DNA of 13,758 nt from Nitrospinaceae bacterium (GTDB taxonomy: Bacteria; Nitrospinota; Nitrospinia; Nitrospinales; VA-1). The position numbers and the translations under genes are program-made. Location: the NCBI GenBank assembly GCA_046754465.1, contig JBHHVU010000071.1, positions 1 through 13,758 on the forward strand, written 5' to 3'. Below are positions 7,014 through 13,758 of this stretch, piece by piece (position 1 is the first letter of the stretch; every line of letters starts with the position of its first letter). Under the pieces are notes generated by a model. The model was not told where the DNA came from. It worked only from the letters and a program-made list of their open reading frames with translations, and ran no database searches.

Positions 7014-7942
7014 ATGGCAGCGTCCGGCGGCCCCGGCTGCCAAAACATTGGCACGGTGGGAAGACCCTACTGGGCTTGCTGGCGGGGTGGCTGGTGGGTC
7101 CCGGCTTGGCCTGGAGCGCACCCATCACTCTCAATACCGCGATGCCCGTAGCAGAGAATGAATTTATCTTTCGGGAACAATTCGTGTCTTGGAAATTCGA
7201 TGAGAATCCAACCCAAAGGAATCGCGAGGTGTTTGTCGCGGAATCCCTCCTGGGTTATGGAATCACGAGGGACTTCGCATTGTTTGGGGTCCTACCTTAC
7301 CTGGACCAAAGCCTGGAACAGGTTCAGGCGGGCGCCCTGCGTGACCGGGGCGCTTCGGGGTTGGGAGACCTGGCTCTTTTTGGACGGTATACGGTTTTCC
7401 GCAAGGATTGGCGAGGCCGCACCTTTCGCCTGGCCCCGTTCCTCGGCGTGGAAATCCCAACCGGGGAGGATGATGAAACCGACCGGTTCGGCCGCCTCCC
7501 CCCGAGCTTGCAGCCCGGGTCCGGTTCCGCGGACCCTTTCGCCGGGATGGTGGTGACCTATTCCACCCTCGATTTCCAGATGGACGGGCAAGTCAGTTAC
7601 AAGGGCAACACCGAAGCCAACGATTTCGAGTTCGGTGACGTGGCCCGCCTGGATGCCTCCCTGCAATATCGCCTGTGGCCCCCGAGTTTGAAAGGGAGAA
7701 TCCACGGCTTTGCCTATGTCGTCCTGGAGAGCAATTTCATCTACGAGGATAATAACCAAACCAACGGCGGCGAGGACCCCAATTCCGGCGGCTCCAGCTG
7801 GTTTCTCTTGCCCGGGATTCAATACGTGACAAGGCGCTGGGTCATCGAGGCGGGGGTTCAAATTCCCGTGATTCAAGATCTCCATGGAACCGCCCTGGAA
7901 ACGGATTACACCTTTCGTGGGGGCTTCCGCTTCAATTTTTGA
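7010..7942 (+). CDS. Outer-membrane beta-barrel channel (SphA/MetA-pathway phenol-degradation 'transporter' family-like)
   Basis: Signal peptide ending AWS|AP. Motifs YGIT.DF, SGLGDL.L.GRY, G.EIPTG, LQPGSGS.D and L.PGIQY. Alternating beta-strand pattern and C-terminal GFRFNF. ATGA overlap with the HMA gene. Confidence 0.8.
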   Translation: MNGSVRRPRLPKHWHGGKTLLGLLAGWLVGPGLAWSAPITLNTAMPVAENEFIFREQFVSWKFDENPTQRNREVFVAESLLGYGITRDFALFGVLPYLDQSLEQVQAGALRDRGASGLGDLALFGRYTVFRKDWRGRTFRLAPFLGVEIPTGEDDETDRFGRLPPSLQPGSGSADPFAGMVVTYSTLDFQMDGQVSYKGNTEANDFEFGDVARLDASLQYRLWPPSLKGRIHGFAYVVLESNFIYEDNNQTNGGEDPNSGGSSWFLLPGIQYVTRRWVIEAGVQIPVIQDLHGTALETDYTFRGGFRFNF

Positions 7943-7955
7943 AAAGGAGAATGAT

Positions 7956-8936
7956 GTGAAACACAAGATCATGATGGTTTTGTGGAGCATGGCTTTTATG
8001 GGTCATGGCCCGATTCTTGATGAAGTTTCAGCCGCGCCTCCATCGAACAAAAATCCGGGATACGAGTTTGTGACGGCCTGGGGAAGCAAGGGGTCTGCCC
8101 CCGGCAAGTTCAACAAGGTTACGGGAATCGCCGTTGCCGGGAAAGAGGTGTTTGTTTCCGACGCACGTAATTCAAGAATTCAGGTTTTCGGCCTGGAGGG
8201 AAATTTCAAACGGCAGTTCAGTGTCCCTGGAGATAACACCAGCAAATTGAGCCGTCCCATGAACCTGACCATCCAAGGCGGCGAAGTTTACGTCGCGGAT
8301 TATTTGAACGACCGGATCGAGGTTTTTGCCCTCGATGGCGCTCTGCTCAGAACCATCGGCCGTTCGGGAAACGGCCCGGGTGAATTCAATTCGCCGGGCG
8401 GTGTTGCCGTCGCTTCCAATGGAGACCTGGTCGTTTCCGATTTCTACAATCAGAGAATTCAAAAACTCCGGGCGGACGGAACCTTTATCCGTCAATGGGG
8501 AGAAACGGGACAAAGAGGGATTCGCGCTGGAAAGTTCAATTATCCCACCGACGTGGCGCTGAATGAAACCGGCATGATGTTCGTGGCGGACGGCTACAAT
8601 GACCGCATCCAGGTTTTTTCTCCGGACGGTCGTTTCGCCTACAAATGGGGCGGACCGTTGACCGTGAACATATCGGGTTCCAAACCGGGTTGGTTCAAAA
8701 CGGTTACCGGCCTCACCCTAGACAAGAATGGGAATGTGTTCGCCGCGGATTTTTATCATCACCGGATCCAAAAATTCTCTGCCGATGGCGCCTTCCTGAC
8801 GGCCTTTGGCGAAAAGGGAACGGGACCCGGGAAGTTCAAACTGCCCATGGCGGTGGCCGTGGCGGGGGATGGTTCCGTTTTTGTGACCGATTTTGGAAAT
8901 AACCGGATTCAAAAATGGCGCCCCCAGTTTGAATGA
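7956..8936 (+). CDS. Exported NHL-repeat six-bladed beta-propeller protein
   Basis: Six repeats GxxGxxxGxFNxPxGVAVxxxGxxxVADxxNxRIQxFxxDG. GTG 7956 follows AGGAGA at 7945-7950 and gives a signal-like N-terminus ending VSA|AP. Confidence 0.9.
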   Translation: MKHKIMMVLWSMAFMGHGPILDEVSAAPPSNKNPGYEFVTAWGSKGSAPGKFNKVTGIAVAGKEVFVSDARNSRIQVFGLEGNFKRQFSVPGDNTSKLSRPMNLTIQGGEVYVADYLNDRIEVFALDGALLRTIGRSGNGPGEFNSPGGVAVASNGDLVVSDFYNQRIQKLRADGTFIRQWGETGQRGIRAGKFNYPTDVALNETGMMFVADGYNDRIQVFSPDGRFAYKWGGPLTVNISGSKPGWFKTVTGLTLDKNGNVFAADFYHHRIQKFSADGAFLTAFGEKGTGPGKFKLPMAVAVAGDGSVFVTDFGNNRIQKWRPQFE

Positions 8937-9068
8937 AATATTGAAAATGATTTCTAGCGCGGGTTTTTATATGGTTTATTCACCAGGGGACCATCCATGC
9001 TTTCACGCCATTTCCCAACCGTGAATAATTCGACTAAAGATTTTTTAAATTCGAAGGGAGGAGCAAAA

Positions 9069-9395
9069 TTGAAAATCGAAATTCTGTATTTTGAAGGTTG
9101 CCCCAACTATGAACCCACCTTGAAACTCTTGAACCAGGTTTTGGAGGAAGAAGGAATCCACACTTGTGTTCAAAAAATTGATGTGAGCACGGATGAGTCG
9201 GTCAGGGAAAACAGGTTTCTGGGTTCGCCCTCTATCCGGATCAATGGAGCGGATATCGAAACGGCGGCCAGGGATTCCAGGGACCATGGCAAAAAATGCC
9301 GGATATACAATAACACGGGTGCCCCGGGCGGGATTCCCTCAAAAAGCATGATTCGGGAAGCCCTCCTGAAGGCACAAAGAAATCATCTGTGTTGA
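9069..9395 (+). CDS. Thioredoxin-fold protein (DUF2703-like, often near mer genes); may extend to 9401 if TGA is read as Sec
   Basis: MKIEILYFEGCPNY...FLGSPSIRING.DI...CRIY...G.PS. TTG 9069 follows GGGAGGAG (9056-9063); alternative start ATG 8997. Ends TGT TGA GGT TAA. Confidence 0.8.
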   Translation: MKIEILYFEGCPNYEPTLKLLNQVLEEEGIHTCVQKIDVSTDESVRENRFLGSPSIRINGADIETAARDSRDHGKKCRIYNNTGAPGGIPSKSMIREALLKAQRNHLC

Positions 9396-9435
9396 GGTTA
9401 ATGGTTGTCCGGATGAGGGGATTAAATTATTAGCC
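9396..9435 (+). other. RNA hairpin immediately 3' of UGA, candidate bacterial SECIS element
   Basis: GGUUAAUGGUU (9396-9406) pairs with AAUUAUUAGCC (9425-9435). GUCC (9407-9410) pairs with GGAU (9419-9422). 2-nt bulge; 8-nt loop GGAUGAGG beginning with G. Four G.U pairs make it favourable only on the + strand. Confidence 0.45.
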
Positions 9436-9474
9436 CAAGGAATAATCCGAAAGATGACTTACCGCTGAAAATTC

Positions 9475-10557
9475 ATGAAAATTGTTTATTCCGTGAAACC
9501 CGCTTGGAGGATAATCTTTTTATCAATCCTGGTTTGCCTGTTTTCTCTCGGCGCAAGCCCGTTCTGGAGTCCCGAAAAACTCAACAAATATGTCGCGAAA
9601 AAGATCAAGAGGAATGACCAGGTCCTCAGGATCCGATCCAAACCCCTGGGACCCCCGGGGGCCAAATGGCTGTCTGAATCTTCCCTGTTGAAACATTTGA
9701 GAACGCTGGAACTTTTCGATACCGGAATCGGGGACGCGGGAATCCGTTACCTGGCAAACTCCGGAACCCTGAAACATTTAACCCGTCTCCAGCTGGGAAA
9801 CAACGGTATAACCGACGAAGGGGTGCGGCTCATCGCGGATTCTCCTACTTTCTCCAATTTGAAAGAACTCGACCTTTACCGGAACCGGATCGGCGATGGA
9901 GGGGCAACCGCTCTTGCCGAATCACGATACCTGTCCAACCTGACTGAATTGAACCTGGGGTTTAATTCCATAAAATACCGGGGTGCTTTTCACCTCACCG
10001 AATCATCCCGCTTAAAAAATATCGTGAAAATTGAAATGCCCCGCAACCCGGTGGGGAAACAGGGCAAGGAGGTGTTGATCAAGTTCAATTTGAAACAAAC
10101 GTTTAAAAAATTGAAAGAAGCTGGAAACTTGGGCAACCTGGAAAAACGGTACCTCGGGGATATTGGAGTCATCGCCCTGTTGGAGTCCCCCTATGCTTCG
10201 GACTTGACCGAATTGATCTTGAATGAGAACGATTTAACGGATGAGGCCGCCATCGCCTTGGCCCATTCGGCAAAACTCTCCCATTTGGAGCGGCTGAGCC
10301 TCGCGCGGAACCGCATCACCGACAAGGGAGCCCAGGCACTGGCGGAATCAGAAACCCTGACCCAATTGAACACGTTGATCCTTGATTACAATTTTATCGG
10401 GGATGAGGGCGCGAAGGCTTTTGCCGGGTCAAAATCCTTCCCCCATCTGAAAAGACTCCAATTGGAGGAAAACCCGGTCGGCCCCATTGGGGCGAACGCC
10501 CTGGCGGCTTCAGAAAATTTAAAAAAACTGACCCATCCGATCTTCGGATTCCACTGA
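9475..10557 (+). CDS. Exported leucine-rich repeat protein (about 11 RI-like 27-aa repeats in two modules), 360 aa
   Basis: Hydrophobic signal (IIFLSILVCLFSLGA|SP). Repeats such as LKHLTRLQLGNNGITDEGVRLIADS and LSHLERLSLARNRITDKGAQALAES. Confidence 0.9.
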   Translation: MKIVYSVKPAWRIIFLSILVCLFSLGASPFWSPEKLNKYVAKKIKRNDQVLRIRSKPLGPPGAKWLSESSLLKHLRTLELFDTGIGDAGIRYLANSGTLKHLTRLQLGNNGITDEGVRLIADSPTFSNLKELDLYRNRIGDGGATALAESRYLSNLTELNLGFNSIKYRGAFHLTESSRLKNIVKIEMPRNPVGKQGKEVLIKFNLKQTFKKLKEAGNLGNLEKRYLGDIGVIALLESPYASDLTELILNENDLTDEAAIALAHSAKLSHLERLSLARNRITDKGAQALAESETLTQLNTLILDYNFIGDEGAKAFAGSKSFPHLKRLQLEENPVGPIGANALAASENLKKLTHPIFGFH

Positions 10558-10577
10558 TTGAAATTTTTCCCTCGCCG

Positions 10578-10605
10578 GAAGGTGGGCATTGGGTGCCACC
10601 CCTTC
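10578..10605. terminator. Imperfect hairpin between convergent genes
   Basis: GAAGGTGGGCA-ttggg-TGCCACCCCTTC in the 58-bp gap between the LRR stop and the barrel stop; pyrimidine-rich tail on the + strand. Confidence 0.3.
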
Positions 10606-10615
10606 TTCCCTTCCT

Positions 10616-12802
10616 CTAAAAGAACGTGCGAAACCCCGCGGACAGAAAGTAACTGGTGGTTTTCTGCGAATCCCCCAGAACGGTCTCGTCGATCCATTCT
10701 CTTCCCCCTTCCACCTCGAAGCGCAGCCATTTTTTCCACCGGTAGTCCAGTTTCAGGAGGGGACGGAAGGTCCATCGATTCCCGTCATTGCCCTTGTTCT
10801 TGCGAAAGTCCAACCGGACCCGGGGATTGACGCGGAATTTTTCCGTGATGGGAAACCGCGTATTCAAGACCATTGAATAGTTGTCCGTCAAACTGAGGTC
10901 GGAATAGCGCAGGGCGATGATGGTGATATCCCCCCTTTTTAAAAGATTGCTGGAGATGAGCTGGGCCAGGTAGAAAAACTCCGCCCCGGTTCCAGAAGTG
11001 GCATCCACCCCCCCGGAAGCCGGAGTGCCAGATATATTCGACACGGTGAATTCTCCATTGATTTGATATTTCTCGGACAGATCCTGCGTGATACCCAGGG
11101 TCAAGGATTTGCTGGTCGCCGTCCGGTCCCGGGCCAATTGACGCACCTCGTCCTCGCTGAATAAATGCAAAAGATCCGAGATCAAGTTCACACCCTGCCC
11201 CTGCAGGGCGTTACTGGTGGTCAACAGAGGACTTTTCCGGTAGTCCAGGGAAACATGCCAGCGGGTTTTTTCGGGATAGACCAGATCGCCGGAAAAAATG
11301 AACAGGTTCAAGGTGGAATAGTCGATGTCATAGTCGACCAGGGTCAGCATCGAACGGTTTTTCTCGAAATACCGGATTTCTCCGCCCAACGCCCGGCGGT
11401 CGTTGATGCCGTTGACCCGTTGATTGATCGCGAACACATTGAAATCCACCGAATCGTGAAAGGTCCCCAGATCAAAGTTCAGGCCGACAAAATGTTTGTG
11501 CGTGTCCACCGCGTCGGACGTGCTGAATTCCACCGGGAACCCGAACACTCCGTTGATCTTGACCCGGGGTTGCAGGTCGTAACTAAACACGCCGCCATCA
11601 AACCTTCCCAAAATGCCCCCCGTGCTCTGGAATTGGCGGCCCAGACGGCCGCGGATTCCCCTTTGGCTGTCCTTGCCTTCGATAGATAAAGCGCTGATGC
11701 GGGTTTGAGAACCATCTCCATTGTCGCGAAAGTCGGCCTCGTGGATCCCCACGAACTGGGTTCGAATATCGTAGGACCCCTTGCGCCAACGGGTGTTGAA
11801 ATCCAGGTCCGAGGTCAGGTCCGAGCGGTTGACGGTGGATTCCCCGTTATTCGAGTCCGTCACGTCCCGATTGTAAAACTGGGAGAAACTGCCAAACAAA
11901 TCGGTTTCCCAGCCCGAGATATCGGACCCGCCGGATCTTTTGGAAGAACGCAATTTTTCTTTGGGTTGAGCTCGGGCCGTCAGGAGTCCGTTCAGCCGCT
12001 GGCGAACCCGGTCCGCCCCCGGTCCCTCCGGATAACGGCGAAGATATTCCTCATATTCCGCCTTGGCGTGGGCCAATTGATGGTTGCGTTCCCGGGCCAG
12101 GCCCAGAAATTCCTGGGCGTCCCGCCCATACTTCGTATTCGGATTTTGCAGGATTTTAGTGTAAAGCCGGATGGCCCGTGGGTAGTCCCCGTCCGTCATC
12201 GCCCGATTGGCCTCTTCGATCACCGGACCCAGCCCGTCCTTCGTCGAAGTTTCCGGAAGGGACGGAGCGGACTTTCCGGGGGGAGCCTGCTGGAGAGACG
12301 TCTTCGCTTTTTTTCCTGTCAATACGGTAACGATCAAGGTACGCAGGTCGGCGCTGCTTCGCAACCTGAATTTTACCCGCCGTGAAAACCGGAATACCAG
12401 TTTGGGGCGGTCGGGCGCCCCGGTTTCATAAAGTATTTCTTTCAGGGGAATCGGAACCGAACGGTTCCAACTCAATGTCTCCCGCTCTCCTAATTCCTTC
12501 AACAGTTCGGGATTTTCCAGGGTCAGCCCGGATACCGGCCGCATTTCCACGAGCAACACATCCCCCTCCTTCCGCGGACGGTGTTTCACATACCGGAGAG
12601 GAAGAATAAACTTGATGCGTATTTCATAGCCCTTAGCCCGGGACCGGACCTCCACGTCATCCACGATGCGGGCATCCACCGGGGACGCCGAAATGGCAAA
12701 AACGAGCATCCCGAAAAAGAAAAAACCAAGCCGCCTGAGAGGGAATCTTTGAAAAATACGGGTCATGCTAAAAAAGGGGTGTTTACGGTTTAAGCGGGAC
12801 AT
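10616..12802 (-). CDS. Outer-membrane protein: signal peptide, AMIN-like beta domain, TPR segment, large C-terminal beta-barrel (putative cytochrome-associated porin)
   Basis: Signal ending VDA|RI. TPR helices ANRAMTDGDYPRAIRLYTKIL and AQEFLGLARERNHQLAHAKAEYEEYLRRYP. About 430 aa of amphipathic beta-strands ending YFLSAGFRTFF. Lies 33 bp downstream of the multiheme cytochrome. Start could be ATG 12766. Confidence 0.8.
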   Translation of the reverse strand: MSRLNRKHPFFSMTRIFQRFPLRRLGFFFFGMLVFAISASPVDARIVDDVEVRSRAKGYEIRIKFILPLRYVKHRPRKEGDVLLVEMRPVSGLTLENPELLKELGERETLSWNRSVPIPLKEILYETGAPDRPKLVFRFSRRVKFRLRSSADLRTLIVTVLTGKKAKTSLQQAPPGKSAPSLPETSTKDGLGPVIEEANRAMTDGDYPRAIRLYTKILQNPNTKYGRDAQEFLGLARERNHQLAHAKAEYEEYLRRYPEGPGADRVRQRLNGLLTARAQPKEKLRSSKRSGGSDISGWETDLFGSFSQFYNRDVTDSNNGESTVNRSDLTSDLDFNTRWRKGSYDIRTQFVGIHEADFRDNGDGSQTRISALSIEGKDSQRGIRGRLGRQFQSTGGILGRFDGGVFSYDLQPRVKINGVFGFPVEFSTSDAVDTHKHFVGLNFDLGTFHDSVDFNVFAINQRVNGINDRRALGGEIRYFEKNRSMLTLVDYDIDYSTLNLFIFSGDLVYPEKTRWHVSLDYRKSPLLTTSNALQGQGVNLISDLLHLFSEDEVRQLARDRTATSKSLTLGITQDLSEKYQINGEFTVSNISGTPASGGVDATSGTGAEFFYLAQLISSNLLKRGDITIIALRYSDLSLTDNYSMVLNTRFPITEKFRVNPRVRLDFRKNKGNDGNRWTFRPLLKLDYRWKKWLRFEVEGGREWIDETVLGDSQKTTSYFLSAGFRTFF

Positions 12803-12835
12803 CCATGGGAAAGACGGCTGACCACCCGCCCCTCA

Positions 12836-13758
12836 TCAAAAGCCTCCGCGATTGGTGTGGTGTTCACCACTTCTTCGCTTTTTAATCGTGGTCAGGGAAC
12901 TGTCCACATACTCGTGGCAGGAACCGGAACAATCCCGCAATTCGCTGACCGTGTAGTAAACGGTGTTGGGGGATTTATATTTTTTATGTTCTTTTTGTTT
13001 GAAATCGTTCGCGTGGCAACCGGCACAATCGGGCTTATAAGTCCCAAAGGTCCAGGTTGCCGTCTGCGTGTTGGTTTTATGACAGTCCCGGCATTCCACC
13101 TTGGATTTGTGGTCTCCCGGATAAAATGAGGAGGTGTGGCGAAACGAAATCGGACTCCACCTATTGGTGTTGTGGCACTCATCGCATTGAAGGTTGGTGC
13201 CGAAATGGTTGGATGGTTTTCCCGCCGCCGTCGTCCCGTTGTGGCAGGTGGAACAACTTCCGGTGACAAAACTATGGTCAAAATTGGCGGGAACCCAGCC
13301 CAACGTTCCATGGCAATTATTGCATTCCACGGAGGTGCGAATATGATTCGCCGATTTGCCCCGCGCCGTAGTGCCGTTATGGCAGGTAGTGCATAGGGTC
13401 GTGATGTTCCCATGGTCGAAATTAACGTTCGTCCAGCTCGTGCTCACGTGACAATCATCACAAATGTTGCCCACCGGTATATGTTTCCCTGATTTTCCCC
13501 GCGCCGTCTTGCCGTTGTGGCAGCTGAAGCAGGTGCCCTGGACCGCCGCGTGGTCCACCCGCACCGAACTCCACCCGGTGGTCACGTGGCAATCATCGCA
13601 GGTGTTGGCGGTGGAGATATGCGTTCCGCTCTTGCCCCGCGCCTTGGTGCCGTTGTGGCAGCTCGAGCAGTTTCCCGTCACGCCGCTGTGGTCGAACCGG
13701 GCCCCCGACCACGACGACGTTTTATGACAGTCGCCGCACTGGTTGGAGCTTGCGATAT
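12836..13758 (-). CDS. Multiheme cytochrome c, C-terminal part (5' end outside window); 11 CxxCH plus 1 CxxxCH visible
   Basis: Frame stays open to the window edge (...IASSNQCGDCHKTSSWSGARFDHSGVTGNCSSCH...). Motifs CGDCH, CSSCH, CDDCH, CFSCH, CDDCH, CTTCH, CNNCH, CSTCH, CDECH, CRDCH, CAGCH and CSGSCH. Confidence 0.95.
   Translation of the reverse strand, partial: IASSNQCGDCHKTSSWSGARFDHSGVTGNCSSCHNGTKARGKSGTHISTANTCDDCHVTTGWSSVRVDHAAVQGTCFSCHNGKTARGKSGKHIPVGNICDDCHVSTSWTNVNFDHGNITTLCTTCHNGTTARGKSANHIRTSVECNNCHGTLGWVPANFDHSFVTGSCSTCHNGTTAAGKPSNHFGTNLQCDECHNTNRWSPISFRHTSSFYPGDHKSKVECRDCHKTNTQTATWTFGTYKPDCAGCHANDFKQKEHKKYKSPNTVYYTVSELRDCSGSCHEYVDSSLTTIKKRRSGEHHTNRGGF
13140..13758 (-). repeat. 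Intragenic degenerate tandem repeat, 138 bp (46 aa) diheme unit, about 4.5 copies
   Basis: Unit CxxCHNGxxAxGKxxxH(I/F)xxxxxCxxCHxxxxWxxxxxDHxxxxxx. The DNA motif CCGTT(G/A)TGGCAG recurs every 138 bp on the + strand. Confidence 0.85.

Noticed and set aside
7292..7990. 232-aa - strand ORF
   Set aside because: Antisense to the beta-barrel gene. Long shadow ORFs are expected at this GC content.
931..10560. Selenocysteine readthrough at the other TGA stops
   Set aside because: None has an adjacent Cys or redox motif, I noticed no comparable hairpin, and several overlap the next start or end on a family-typical terminal residue.
11165..12385. 174-aa and 226-aa + strand ORFs
   Set aside because: Antisense shadows of the TPR-barrel gene with no motifs.
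12720..12802. Twin-arginine (Tat) signal in the TPR-barrel protein (LRRLGF), and similarly VRRPRL in the 7010 barrel
   Set aside because: Poor match to S/T-R-R-x-F-L-K, and outer-membrane barrels are normally Sec substrates.
1..13758. Mobile element boundaries around the metal locus
   Set aside because: No transposase, integrase, tRNA or terminal inverted repeats were seen in the window.

Overview
Bacterial window with a heavy-metal locus flanked by unrelated genes. Left: the 3' end of a TPR-like gene and a pentapeptide-repeat gene. Centre: a divergent control region of about 90 bp. It drives a minimal arsR-acr3 arsenite operon leftward (apparently leaderless, no arsC). Rightward it drives an 8 kb co-oriented gene run that starts with a Hg(II)-type MerR behind a classic MerR-box promoter. 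That run has a MerT/MerF-like transporter, a MerP-like HMA protein, an outer-membrane beta-barrel and a thioredoxin-fold protein, interleaved with four exported repeat proteins (two NHL beta-propeller proteins, two 27-aa LRR proteins), and has no merA or merB. The thioredoxin-fold gene ends TGT-TGA-GGT-TAA followed directly by a G.U-rich hairpin, so it is a candidate selenoprotein with a C-terminal Cys-Sec-Gly. Right, on the minus strand: a TPR plus beta-barrel outer-membrane protein downstream of a partial multiheme cytochrome c built from 46-aa diheme repeats (at least 12 heme motifs), a candidate porin-cytochrome electron conduit. All family calls come from motif recognition by eye; no searches were run.
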